64,000 bases of DNA from Felis catus (Eukaryota). A program made the position numbers and the translations under genes. The DNA lies in the NCBI RefSeq assembly GCF_018350175.1, contig NC_058368.1:219172001-219236000 (forward strand), given 5' to 3'. The notes under the pieces were generated by a model. The model searched no databases, had not been told where the DNA came from, and saw nothing but the letters and a program-made list of their open reading frames with translations. This document shows positions 1 through 12,856 of this stretch, in pieces; position 1 is the first letter of the stretch, and each line of letters starts with the position of its first letter.

Positions 1-625
1 GATAAGAAGGAAGAAACAGCATGTAAAAACCGTGCTCCTGGCAATCAAACATGTTTAGTACCCAAGGAAGACTTACGTTTCCCTCAGCTTGACTAACTTT
101 TAGATGCTTCTACCTGACTCTAGACCCTGACCTCTTTTTTTCTTAGAATATTTACTCTAGAAAACTTATAAACTCTTTCTGTGCCCTGTTGAGATGAAGT
201 TTCTTGCCAGTTTTACAAACCAGTAAAGCCCTTGTCAAGTTCCTGGGAGCCATCCCTTTGAACTGTAATCATCAAGGATAACAGCACTACCGTCTGCCTC
301 TGTCAATAAGAAGGCAAGAGGCTAACTGTAATGGGCAGTAATGAGCAAATACAAATGACCGTGATCAAAAAGAAAAAAAAAAAAAAAACCCTTGCAAACT
401 CAGGAAAAACTGAATGCACCTGGCACATCCTATACACCAATGCCACCCCCTGAGGTCCTCAGTACTTTTGTACTAACTTACTCCAGGGCTTAAGAACCCT
501 CCCACCTTTCCTCTGAGTGGAATTGAGTTCAAAGGGAGTTCTGTCCCCTCTCCACTCTTCCAATAGCCATGAAGAAAGTCTTCCTTGACTGTTGAATTTC
601 GTTCAGTGTAATTTTTGTTTTGACA
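1..625 (+). mobile_element. ERV1-class LTR (MER34/MER39-like), 5' end outside the window
   Basis: Motifs cagcttgactaac..., ctgggagccatccctttgaactgtaatcatcaagga and the terminus ...tttgttttgaca (621-625) match the recalled MER34/MER39 LTR family. Subfamily unverified. Confidence 0.65.
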
Positions 626-3610
626 GTGTTTCAACATTTTAAACTTCATTTAGAGAAATAGGAGGAATGTGATTAATTATACTCCAGGCATGTTAGACTC
701 ATTTGTTCAGATTACGCACTGCAGTTACTTGTGTTCTAATGGATTTTACCCATTGGGCAGGTTCCCAGGCAAGACTGGTTTAGTTTTCTCCTGTATCTCT
801 CATGACGAAAAGGGTATTTGGTTGATAACAGGCACTCACTACATGTGTTTTGAGTGACATGAATATGATATAGATAGATAGGTCTGTCCAAGCCACTAAA
901 CTAGTTACCCTGTGAACAACAACAACAAAAGGATAAAAGGGTTTAAAAATGATAAGAGTCAGAAGTGGTAGAGTCAAAAGTGCACAAGTTTTAGTAAGCT
1001 GGATGTTATTTTGATACAACTGCATTAATTTATTGGCTATATGATCACGGATGACATTGTTATCCTGTTTCACTACAGTGTGTTTATTAGATAATAGCAA
1101 CATTATCAAATGTTATGTCGAAGGCTTTTGATATTTAGAAGTTTTTGATAACATTGTAAAATAATAGTTAAATATGGTTTATTATCCTCAATTTTTTACT
1201 CTAAAATAATTACTGTAAGCAAGATTATACTGATTTATGTTCGGGTAATATATAATTATTTGGGAAAGATACTGAATAGAGATATTAGGAGTTGTAATCA
1301 TTTGAAACTCTTCCTGTTTTCAATCCTATTAGTACTTTAGTTTCTGTTGTTATTAAAAAAAAAAAAAAAACTGACATTTTTTCCCTACCATGAATTCCTT
1401 TTCATACCTCCAGAACATTTTCAAGGATTATTTTGACTATCATATCTCTGCTAAGCCAATAATAGGGTCATTCACTCTGTGTTCTTTTAGTGTCTTTTAT
1501 ATATTCCTGATATGAAACACATTTTAATGCATTGTACTTGTGTATATTTGACTAAACTGAGACCTTCTTCATGTAGGAAATATGACTATTTTGTTGTTTC
1601 TTGGAGGCCTATCATCTGTGTCTGGTGTATAATACATCCTCGATATTCAATTTTTGATTGGTTGGCTGGCTGGCTGACTGAAGCCATTTTTCTCAATTTT
1701 TGTTCAAAGTGAATAAAACATGAGGAATTAAGAGAAACTTTTAAGATAAATAAAAACAAAATTATTTTAGCCACTTCCAAAAATAACAATTTTGGCAAAG
1801 ATTAATAGGTTGGAATAATAGGCTTTGGTTGACTTGAAATGCCCAGAATATACCGAAAATACTTCACTGTTGTCACTCAAAATTATCCTTATTTGTTTAT
1901 TGTTAATGGACTGACAGATACAAAGGAGAAAATGCACACACACACCCCACACACACTTAGAATGTCTCTCTGTGCCACTGTTTGACAAAATAAAATGTGT
2001 CAGGAATATTATAATAATTTCTATTTGGGTCTGCAAATTATTGTTTGCAAAGTCAGAATGCTTCGTGGTTTTGAACAGACATCAACATGAATTGCTTTAA
2101 AGATACCAGCATTTATTATGTCATTTCTCTGTGCTGGGCACCAGCTACGTATTTTCTATTCCATTTAATCTACAGGTTGATCCTTGGGTTTCCTTATTTC
2201 TGGAAAGAATCTTATGATTAGAAAATAACTTTGTCTAAGTTCTCTCAGCTAATATGAGGTAAAATCCAAATTTGGGTATAAGGATCTAAGACTCTAAACC
2301 TTATGTTTTTATGTATCATCCTATATTCCACTTGTACAGAAACACCTGCACACACTCTTAAACCTTTACAGTTTATAATAAAGGTCGTTAATGAAAGGCT
2401 GAATACATTTGCATTATGTAATAACCTTGGCTTTAGCAGAGTATAGGAATGGAATGTATGTCCCTAAAGTATAGATATTATGCTAAAAGATTGATGTAAA
2501 AATATGTCTTGAGTATATTCTTTGCCCCAGTGGAGGTAAAACAGAAATAATTCATTTTGGAAGAGAGAGAGCAATAACTTTTCTAGAAGAATAGGAAGGG
2601 ATGGCAACCTTGTTGTACCCAAGGCCTCATAGATATCATGTAACCTTCTCATTTTTACAACTAACAGATAATTTCATATGGATTCATTACTTTATAAAGA
2701 AGAGGGAGTGCAAGAGAGAAAGAGAGTCTATGAAAGGCATTTTATGATACCCATTATGTGCAATCAAGTTAATGATGAAACTGCATTTTCTGTAGTACTC
2801 CAAAGAATTAGAAGCATAGAAATACAAATCACACCTTCTTAATTAGAACAAATTAATTACTAAAAATGATGAAAACAATTTGCAATCAATTTATTCTCCC
2901 TCAAATTACATATTAGTTTCTATATGTATTTCTAGCTAGAAGTACAATTTTTGTTTATTAACATTTGTTACCAAGTACTGTATATCATCCATAATTCTGG
3001 GTTATTAAATTCCTGAAGCATGCAGTACAGCAAACTTAATAGATTTTATGCAAATTGTTATATAACAAAATAAGAGCAGATGCTACTCATCACATCAGAA
3101 TCTTTCAAAAACAGCTTCAAATTTTTGTTAAAATTAAACAAAACATACAGGTACCTTTGTGGCCATTAACTTATTTTAACCCATTCCTCATAACTGTTTT
3201 TAGCCATTCTCATAACCTTTTGCACCACATTATGATAAAACGTCTGATTCAACATTCTTTTGTATTAAGCTACTATCTTTGAGTTCTTATTAGGATCTAT
3301 GGGATAATTTACGCATACCAACATTTTCACTGCCGAACAAGGTATAGATAAATAGAGGACAAAATTCAGCTTTGGGTATAGCTCAACAGTTAAACTACAA
3401 ACAACATGAAAATTTTAAGTGCCTAGTTTTGTGTTTATATGTATTAATATATAAAATAGCATGTAAATACCTGCTCACAAACGTACACATTTATAACCTA
3501 TGTCATTTCAGTTGTGTTTTCTTTCTAAATTCAAGAAATACAATACAGAGATAATTGTCTCAAGAACAATTATATGTAGACATTAAATCTGAATGCAGCA
3601 CATTTTTTAA

Positions 3611-3788
3611 ATAAGTTTTTTTCAAAGTTTATTTTTGAGAGACAGAGAGAGACAGAGGGTGAGCAGAGACAGAGAGGGAGACACAGAATCCCAAGCAGTC
3701 TCCAGGCTCTGAGCTGTCAACACAGAGCCCAAGATGGGGCTCAAAGTCACAAACCATGATATCATGACCTGAGCCACCCAGACACCCC
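3611..3788 (-). mobile_element. Can-SINE (SINEC, feliform type) with an internal deletion in the head
   Basis: gagacacagaatcccaagcag...ctgagccacccagacacccc; imperfect TSD tgaatgcagcacattttt (3590-3607) / tgaatgcggtacactttt (from 3789). Confidence 0.92.
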
Positions 3789-6129
3789 TGAATGCGGTAC
3801 ACTTTTTAATTCTGTGATTTTACTAATCTTTGTATACAGATAGAACATTGAATTTCATAATTATACTGAACTTTTATAAAATAGCTCTTAGAGTTATAAC
3901 AGTGCAAATAATGATTTGTTGAATTCACATACATTTTTACTTAAATTTTGAAAATTACATAGTGCAAGTGTTCATTTTGGGTATAGGCAAAGAAATCAAA
4001 CATAAGTTGTGATAGCTGAAGTAAGTTTGAGGAAGGTCACTTTGTCAGTCTACTGGTCTCCTAAAAAAAAAAAGTGTATGAATCACATGAGACAATGTAT
4101 GTTTCAAGCTAAACACAGTGATTCTGCTCCTTATGTAATGAAGAGTTTAATTTGAGATATAATAGGGCAAAACAAGGAGAGAGGCATATGTATCTTTATA
4201 GGACACAAGAGAGCCAAAAGAGTCTTATTCATTATTGTATTTCTCAGTGGAGAGATATAAAGGGATCTTCCATTGTGCCTATACTATGAGATATATTTCA
4301 ACACAAAATTTTTAAAAATGAAAGTAAGTATGGGAACTGGAAATTGAGCAAAGAAACAAACAGGTGTCATGAATTAACAGGTGAAATAAACAGGTCAAAG
4401 TGTTTGGAAACCATATTGAAAAAAATAATTTCCCTTGGATTATTAACAAAATTGACATTATCACAGTACAGTAAAATAATAACATATTAACAAAATATTT
4501 AAACTACCTAACCACTTAAAAATTAGGTGAACCTCAAGATACCTATTTGATCAAGTGGAAAATTCTTTATTTTATAGAGAGTATTTGGCGAATAATATAA
4601 ATATCTATGGATTATGGTTATAATTCTTCTCACAGATATATATCATAAATTCATGTTATTTTTATTAATTGAGAATAATTGAAAATGAATGGACAGAACA
4701 TGGTTATTTGATAATTTATGAGTTTATTCTTCAGAATTAAAAGCTTTCATCAATTTTAACAGTAACTTCTCCAAGGAAAATTAAAGATACTTTTAAAAAT
4801 AACACTCAAAATTATATCATAACTCAAAAATATATTAACAATAAATAATCAAGGTTTATAGGTTAAAAGTATCTTGAATATACACCACAATTGCATTTCA
4901 GTAAATGGAGACTAATTAATAATTCTTTAATGGTAAAATAAATGGCAGAAAAATCAGATTTCCTCAATTTAGGGAGTCATATAATATAATTTTATTTTAA
5001 ATCGTAGGTTTCCCCCACAAACTTAAAAATTTACTTTAAAATTCACATGGAAAATGAAATGCATAAAAGATAGAATAGTACGTGTACTGTTGCCATAAAT
5101 AATATAAAGGTATTATAAAATCCATTGATTAAATAATTGTGATGCTGGCCCAGCAACAAATATGCAGATCAATGAGCAGAACACAAATTATTAATTAAAG
5201 AAGAAATTTATTAGATAAAACCGGCATTTCAAATCAGACAGGAAACGTGTGGATTATTCAATGAATAACATGATTAACAGTTGTTAATAATGTAGTTGCT
5301 ATTTCTGATCTATCAGCTTTCCTTTGAAATAGTGATATGGCTCTATTCTTAATGCTTAGAATCTTTGTTGTTATTTTAATTATAGTGTGTTTCTTTTGAT
5401 CATTTTAAGACTTTTGCCCAATTTGAATGCTGTAATATAGATAATTTTAATATCAACAGTATTATCTCTTTAAATATGATTCATATTAAGCTTAATTTCT
5501 TTACTTTTAGTTATAAGAATATATTTAAGAATAAAAATGTGTTAAATAGTTATATACATATACATCTCTATATCGTATAGAGCTTTTTAAGATGATCTTG
5601 GCTTTGTTTCCCTTAAGATCTTAGAGAGATTTCTTTTTAAATATTAAAAATAGAAACAATCACTTAGGGGAGGGAAAAAGCCATGGACTGAGACATCTTG
5701 ACACACTAATTATTTGAAAATTTTAATATGAAGTCCTTAAAAGCTATGGAAGCTATCATAAGTCCTCACTACTTTTTTTAATGTAGTATATAAATTGTAT
5801 GAGTGCAAACATCAAGTTTATGAACTATGCTTAAACTTTTTAGCAACATAGAAGTCAACCCTAGACAATTGTGAAAGTAAAACAAGATCTCTGAAACATG
5901 AGCCCTGAGATTTTTTAAATATTTTGGTCAAGTTGCAGCAGGGAACAGTCTGGCACAGCTCAGGGTAGAAGAAAATATGTGTTAAAGCACTACTGTTAGT
6001 GGTACTGTCCAGATGCTTTGAAAAAAGGTCAAGAGCAACGAAATGACTTTTGAGAGGTTTAGTTATAAGTAATTTTATTAGTTACTATATGAAATACTAG
6101 CACACAGTATATACGAATGCCTTTGGGAA

Positions 6130-8660
6130 TTAAATGAACACAAATTTTACACACACAAAAATTAACCTGAACCCATTCTTTGTAACATAAACAAACATGA
6201 GCCCAAAAGAGATCTTAGACTTAAATATAAAGAATAAAGTTACAAAACTTTTAGGATGAAACACATTAGAATACATTTGGAACCTTGACTAAGGCACAGA
6301 CTTTTTAGAAAACCAAAGAAAAATATATAAAAAGCAAATTGACAAGTTAGTTTGCATAAAAATTAATAGTCACAGATTGAAATAAAACATTTGATAAAGA
6401 AATTATTTCTTGTTTTTTGTTTGTTTATTTGTTTTTGTTTTGATTTTTTTGAAAAGGAGCTCACCTTATTTGGGGGAGAGTACCGCACGTGGCCAACAGA
6501 TGAAGGCAGCCCAGCGGGCACCCTGCACATCACACTCAAAAAGGGACACAGGAGGTTTTACTAAGAAAGATCAACTGGAACATGGGTTCCTCTGGGCAAA
6601 TTTCCCAACCTCATACCTCTGAGGAGTCAGGACACTCCGACAGATAGAGCCCCTCAGGGATGCCGCCTTGTTTTTTGTTTTTGTTTTTGTTTTTTATAAA
6701 TAACATTTTCTTTAGATTTTTTTGGAGTCTTCATTTGTTGCTTTCATTCTATGTTCTCTCAAGGCCATCAGACCAACTTCTGTACAGATTGTCTGGATGT
6801 CGGCCCAGAGAAGTCATCTTTAGCCATGATCAAGTCATCCAGTGTAACATCATTGGCCAAGGTCATCCTGCTTGCGTGCATCTGAAAGACGTGCTTCTTA
6901 GTCTTTTCATCGGGCAGGGGGAACATAATTTTCCTGTCAATGCAGCCTAGTCTGGTGAGTACTGAATCCAAAGTTACCATTTGGTTTGTGGCCATGATCA
7001 CTTTCATGACACCCCTTGAATCAAATCCATCCAACTGGTTCAACAGTTCCAGCATTGTTCATTGAATTTCTCTCTCACCACTGGAATTTGAGACATAACT
7101 TTTTGTTCCAGTGGCATCAATTTCATCAATAAACACGATGGATGGTGCATATTCTTCTGCAACTCGAAACAATTCCTGAAGGAGGTTAGGCCCATCACCT
7201 AGATACTTCTGAATAAGTTCAGAACCAACCACTCAAAAAAGTGGCTGAGGTTTGGTTTGCTACTTCTTTGGCTAATAAGGTTTCACCTGTGCCAGGTGGC
7301 ACAGAATGACCCCCTTTAGGGTACTTTATGCCCCTCTCTTCATAATATTCATGATGAGTTGGAGGAAGCTCCACAGATTCCTTAATTTCCTGGATTTGGT
7401 TGTCCAGCCCCCCAACAGCAGCATAAGTTTCCTGGCGGGGGTGCTTTTTTACCTTCATCACTGTGATCAAGGGTCTGTGTCATCCAGGAGCACCTTTATG
7501 ATGGCATATACCTTGTGGCTAAGCAAGACCGAGCAGCCTGGCTCCAGCAGATCCTTGTCTACAAAGTAAAGAATGCTGATGTAGTATTCTGAGCCCACAG
7601 ATGTAGACACGATGGCATGATTGCCCTCAATGATCTCTTCCAACATTCCTACTGACATTGGGTTCCCTTCAGATCATCCACCTTTGATCTTTCCTCCTCT
7701 TGCTTTTCTTCTAAAAGTTTCATTTGTTCCCGATCTCTAATGAATTCTTCCTCCATGAGAAAATAGTCTTTTCAGTAACTTTAACTGGCATGGAGTGTGA
7801 GGTATCTCCGTGTTAGCTTGCTGACAGCATCTGATCTCCTTGTCTTCTTTTTCTTTTTCCCCACTCTAGTTGGCCCGGGAGGTTTGTATTTCTTTTCCTT
7901 GTCCTTTTCATCCTTCTTGCCACCTCCAGGGCCATGACCACCACTCTGACTTTGACCCATCTTGCTTCAGCCCCTCCAACCGCCACTACCAGAAGTGCTG
8001 ATAATGAAATTATTTCTGAAATAGATAAAACATTTCAAAGTTCAATAATAAGAAAGAAAACAATCCAATAAAAAGGAACTCAAAATACTTGAACTAAACT
8101 ACAACAAAGTAGAATTATGGATAGAAAATAAGCACATCAAAAAAAAAATTTCAACATCTTTAGGCTCTAGAAAAATGCCAATTAATACCAAAATGAAATG
8201 CTACTACACACCTGCCTACAGGAATGGATAAAATTGAGGCAAATAAATAAGCAAAACTGATCATACCAAGAATTGGTGAATATGTGGAGTGCAACTAGAA
8301 ATCCTGTACATTGTGGAAGAACTGTAAAATTATATAATAATTCTGGAAAATAGTGTGGTCATTTCTTATAAATTTATATATGTGCTAACCATGTGAACTA
8401 AAAATCCCTCCCATGTATTTACTCCAGAGAAATAAAAACTTATATTTGCACATAGCCTTTATGCAAAGGTTTATCATAGCTCTATTCATAACCAGTAAAA
8501 AGTATAAACAACCCAAATGCCCCTCAATCAAGTAATGGACAAACTCTATTTATCCATGAAATGAAAGTAATAAAAAGAAATAAACTACAGATACATGCAA
8601 CAAAAAGAATCAATCAAACGCATTATGCTAAGAGAAAGTAGGGAAACTCAAAAGGCTGTG
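6130..8660 (+). mobile_element. Old L1 (L1M-type) ORF2 3' end and 3' UTR, interrupted by the PSMC1 retrocopy
   Basis: L1-like motifs on both sides of the retrocopy (agacttaaatataa..., aaaacaatccaataaaaa, caacccaaatgcccctcaa) read colinearly once 6411-8017 is removed. Confidence 0.7.
6411..7998 (-). pseudogene. PSMC1: Full-length processed pseudogene of 26S proteasome regulatory subunit 4 (PSMC1/Rpt2, AAA-ATPase)
   Basis: ATG at 7960-7958 starts [19 protein letters not shown] pieces [10 protein letters not shown]...[45 protein letters not shown]...DDLIMAKDD and the C-terminus PEGLYL match PSMC1. Intronless, with 5' and 3' UTR, a degenerate poly(A) at 6411-6450 and a 19-bp TSD at 6392-6410 / 7999-8017 (1 mismatch). 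Multiple frameshifts; Walker A GKT changed to GET. Confidence 0.97.
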
Positions 8661-9648
8661 CAATTATTCCTCATAACATATTAGCAAATCACATCTGCAA
8701 TGCTTAAAAATTATTATATTCTGTGACTAACTGGGATATATTCCAGATATGCAAGTCTGGTAACTTATTTGAAAATCAGTCAATGTAATATACCACATCA
8801 ATAGGCTAAGAAGAAAATCATATGCTCATATCAATGGATGCAGAAAAGGCGTTTCAAAATCAATACCCATGTATGATAAATACTCTCACACAAACTTGGA
8901 ATAGAGGGGATCTTTCTCAACTTGATAAGGACACTTTCAACAAATCTACAACAAACATCATGCTTGACATTAAAAGAGTGATTATTTTCCCTGTAAGTTT
9001 AGGGACAAAATAAAGATGTCCACTCTCATTCCATATAGTATTGGAAGTTGTTCCCATTTTAAAGAGTAAAAAAAAATGGCAATAAAAATCATACACATTG
9101 AAAGGAAGAAATAAAACTCTCACTATTTGAAAATGGGATGATTATTTGTATTGAGGGAAAAAAAAACCCTCAGAATTAATAAGTGAATTCAGCAAGATTG
9201 CAAATATAAGACCAACATACAAAAAAATCACATTTGTACTAACAATAAATATATGGAGACCAAAAAGTAATACTCAGAAAAATGCCCCAGTGAAATACTT
9301 AGATGCAAATTTAACAAAATATGCTATAGGATCTATGTACTAAAAATTACAAATTACTACTGAGATAAAGAATTCTTAATGGAGAGACATAGTGTGTTCA
9401 AAGATTTGAAGACAATGTAGAAAAGATGTCAACATTTAATGAAATCCCTATCAAAATCCAAGCAAGATTCAGACATAGACAACATTATTCTACGTTTTAT
9501 ATGGAAAGGAAGAGACTTTAGAATAACTAAAACAGCACTGAAAAATAAGAATAAAATTGGAGGGATCACTTTGCCTGATGGTAATGCCAACCCTGTAGCT
9601 ATAGTAATTAAGAGAATGTGGAGAAAGAGTAATTAAGAGAATTAAGAG

Positions 9649-9860
9649 ATGAGTTCCTCCTCATCTGTGGGAGGATGTTCCAAGACCCCTGATGGATGCC
9701 TGAAACCACAGATATTACTGAAACCTATATGTACTGTTTTTTCCAATACGTATGTACTTATGATAATATTTAATTTAAAAATTAAGCAGAGTAAGTGGTT
9801 AACAACAATAATGAATAATACAGTAGAACAATTTTAATAATATGCCATAATGAAAGTGAC
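9649..9860. mobile_element. TcMar-Tigger DNA transposon relic (MER44/Tigger7-like)
   Basis: gttccaagacccctgatggatgcctgaaaccacagatattactgaacctatat matches the recalled MER44/Tigger7 terminal region. Confidence 0.7.
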
Positions 9861-10193
9861 CATAGATCTTAGAGACTTCAGCATATGATTTTTTCTTTTC
9901 TTATAAAATTGAGAATTCCCACTTTTTAAATGTTTAAATAAACATTTTTAATACAAAAAGGTCATAATAACACACATACAACAAGAGAATGAATTAAAAA
10001 TCAAACACCAAAGAAAAACCCAAGCAGATAGTTTCATTGGCAAATTCCACCAGATATATGAAGAATTAGCAACCATCTTTATCAAATTCTTCTGAGAAAT
10101 AGAAGAAGAAACATACTCCACTTATTCAGTGAGGTAAATGTCACTCTGATAGCAAAACCAGACAAAGAATTCACAAGTTAAAAAACCAAGACA

Positions 10194-10301
10194 GGGTGCC
10201 TGGGTGGCTCAGATGAACCCAACCCTTGGTTTGTGCTCAGGTCATGATCGTGGGATCAAGCCCAACACTGGACCCTGCATTGAGTGTGGAGACTGCTTAA
10301 G

Positions 10302-10357
<56 letters not shown>

Positions 10358-10410
10358 CTTCTGCCCCTGTCTCCCACACTCTCTCTCTCAAGTAAATACG
10401 ATGAAAATAA
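10194..10410 (+). mobile_element. Can-SINE with long (CT)n
   Basis: Head gggtgcctgggtggctcag, ctcaggtcatgatc, (CT)n at 10305-10351, A-rich tail. Confidence 0.9.
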
Positions 10411-11106
10411 AACAAATATCCCATAGAGATAAAGATTTAAAACTCCTCCACGAATTATGTATCCAACAGCATATCAGAAGGATTATATGCCATGTATTTA
10501 ACATCAATCTTTTAACAATTACTCCAAAAACTAGAAGAGTAAGGAAAATTTCTCAATTCATTCTATGAGGATAGTATTATGCTATTATGAAGCCAGAGAA
10601 AGGCATCATAGAGAAGAAAACTAAAGGTTAATATCTCTTAAGGAGATAGACACAATAATTCTCAGTAAGATACTAGAAAACAAATCTAGTGGTATATTAA
10701 AAGATTTTTACACTGACTATGGAACTGACTTAGGAGTGCAGAGTTGAGTCAACATAAAATAACCATTCAATGTAACAACACCATATTAATAGAACAAGAA
10801 TATCATCATCAAAATAGACTCAGAAAAAGCATTTGACAAAACTCAGGGCCCTTTTCACTATAAAGCAATAAAAAATTTAGGAACAGATGAGATTTCCTCC
10901 AAACAAAGAGCAACTACAAAAATCTCACTCCTAGCATAATGTATAATGGTGAAAGAGTAAATGCTTTCCCACTAACATCTGAAACGACAAGAGTGTTCCC
11001 TGTCATCACTTCTATTTACATTGTACCGCAGGTGCTACAGGTCCTACAGAGGGCAGTTAGAGAAGGAAATGAAATAAAACACATCCGGATTTGAAAGGGA
11101 AAAAGA

Positions 11107-11334
11107 GGGGAGCCTGGGTGGCTCAGTCAGTTAAGTGTCAGGCTCTTGACTGCGGCTCAGGTCATGATCTTGCAGTTTGTGGGTTTGAGTCCTGCATCAG
11201 GCTCTGTGCTGACAGCATGGAGCCTGCTTGGGATTCTTTCTCTCTTTCTCCCTCTCTCTGTCCCCCCCTGTCCGTGTGCTATGTTTCTCTCTCTCTCTCA
11301 AAATAGATGAATAAACTTAAAAATTAAAAAAAAA
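11107..11334 (+). mobile_element. Can-SINE
   Basis: ggggagcctgggtggctcagtcagttaag...aataaacttaaaaa; gaaaggg on both flanks. Confidence 0.92.
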
Positions 11335-11859
11335 GAAAGGGCGGAGGAAACTGTCTCTATTTGCACATGACATGATATTATGTGAAAACAATCCTCAGGA
11401 ACCCAGAATACCTATTAGGCTGATAAGTAATTTCAGCAAGTTTACAGGATATGAGACCAATATACAAAACTCAATCTCATTTCTGCCTGCTAGGAAAAAA
11501 TAACCAAAAATGAAAATAGGAAAATAATTCCATTTACAGTAGCATAACACAGTCTAAATACTTGGAAATAAGTTTAAGAAAAGGAAGCACAAGACTCGAA
11601 CACTGAAAATTACAAAGCGTTATCTAAAGATATTAAAGATACATGAAAAAAAATGGAAAGGTATTTTGAGTTCTTGGATAAGCACTAGTCTGTAAATGAT
11701 CTATAGATTCAATGAAATACTATCAAAATTCCAGATGGCTTTTTGTAGAGTTTATAAACTGATCCTAAAATTAATATGCAAATTCAAGGAAACCCCAAGA
11801 GTCAAACAGTCATGACAACAGAGTAGGAAAACTCATGCTTTTTGATTAAAAAGGTTTAC

Positions 11860-12240
11860 ATTTCCTGCCTGACTTTCCAGCCTACTGTCCTGCCCCCACA
11901 ATCTCAGACTCATGACTGCTACTTCAACTCTTGCCTGAGTTTCCAGTTGGCTGGTCTGCCGTGTAGATTTCAAAGTCACCAGACTCCACAACTGTGTGAG
12001 CAGGATGGAAACTGGACAAGATATTTGTATTACAGGCTTCAAGCAGAATTCCTTCCTTTCAGGGAAACTCCAGTTTCTGCTTATGAGGCCTTCAAGTGAT
12101 TGCATGAGACCCACTCACATTATCAAGGGTAATTTGTCGTTGTTGTTGTTGTTTTTAGCTTAAAATTAACTCTTTGTAGATGTTATTCACGAAATACTTT
12201 CACCACAACACCTAAGTATTGTTTGACCAAACTGACCACC
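11860..12240. mobile_element. MLT2-like (ERVL) LTR with an internal inversion
   Basis: 11860-12000 (caactcttgcctgagtttccag) and 12001-12240 (gcagaattccttc..., ggccttcaagtgattg, cacattatcaagggtaat) match the recalled MLT2C/D consensus on opposite strands. Confidence 0.65.
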
Positions 12241-12526
12241 ATATTCTATACTTATAAGTATATGCTTACAAATTTACACATTGGTAAAAATGTGTTTACC
12301 AAATTGATACCCCCATGGGAAGAAAAAATGTTTAAAGATCGCTGTGTTTTCCCATTAACACAAATAAACTGAGTTATTTTTTCTTTCTTTACCTTTGACT
12401 ACTTTCTAATATCCAAATATGATTTGCTTTTTCCACAGTTTACAAGATGAATAGATGAAATAATTCAGGAGGAAGGAAAGATCAAGAGAGGTGTTAACAT
12501 TTTATCCAGTGTGACTATTTCTAGTT

Positions 12527-12856
<330 letters not shown>

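Larger units (their letters stand above)
8680..11830 (+). mobile_element. Cluster of degraded L1 ORF2 fragments from at least two copies, with nested SINEs and a DNA transposon
   Basis: ORF remnants MLISMDAEKAF (8822) and ILRFIWKG...IGGITLPD (9439); gaaaaagcatttgacaaaa at about 10822. The same ORF2 segment appears twice (about 10020-10190 and 10500-10640). Confidence 0.8.

Noticed and set aside
780..3282. Short ORFs in the unique-looking left region (e.g. 780-1109, 1586-1798, 2464-2652)
   Set aside because: No recognisable homology and no consistent exon chain; lengths are expected by chance.
4248..4323. Exon-like segment with strong splice sites (ttctcag...AAA|gtaagt)
   Set aside because: All three frames contain stops. 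The YKGIFHC resemblance to mitochondrial carriers is too short to mean anything. A non-coding exon cannot be excluded.
4358..4397. Three AACAGGT (E-box-like) motifs
   Set aside because: Too short and irregular to support a regulatory call without conservation data.
6669..6696. Second poly(A) tail suggesting two retrocopies or a 3' transduction
   Set aside because: PSMC1 coding sequence continues on both sides; it is an expanded A-rich codon run.
6768..7658. Three PSMC1-like ORFs as a functional gene or exons
   Set aside because: They are contiguous frameshifted pieces of one retrocopy, with no introns and with catalytic motifs mutated.
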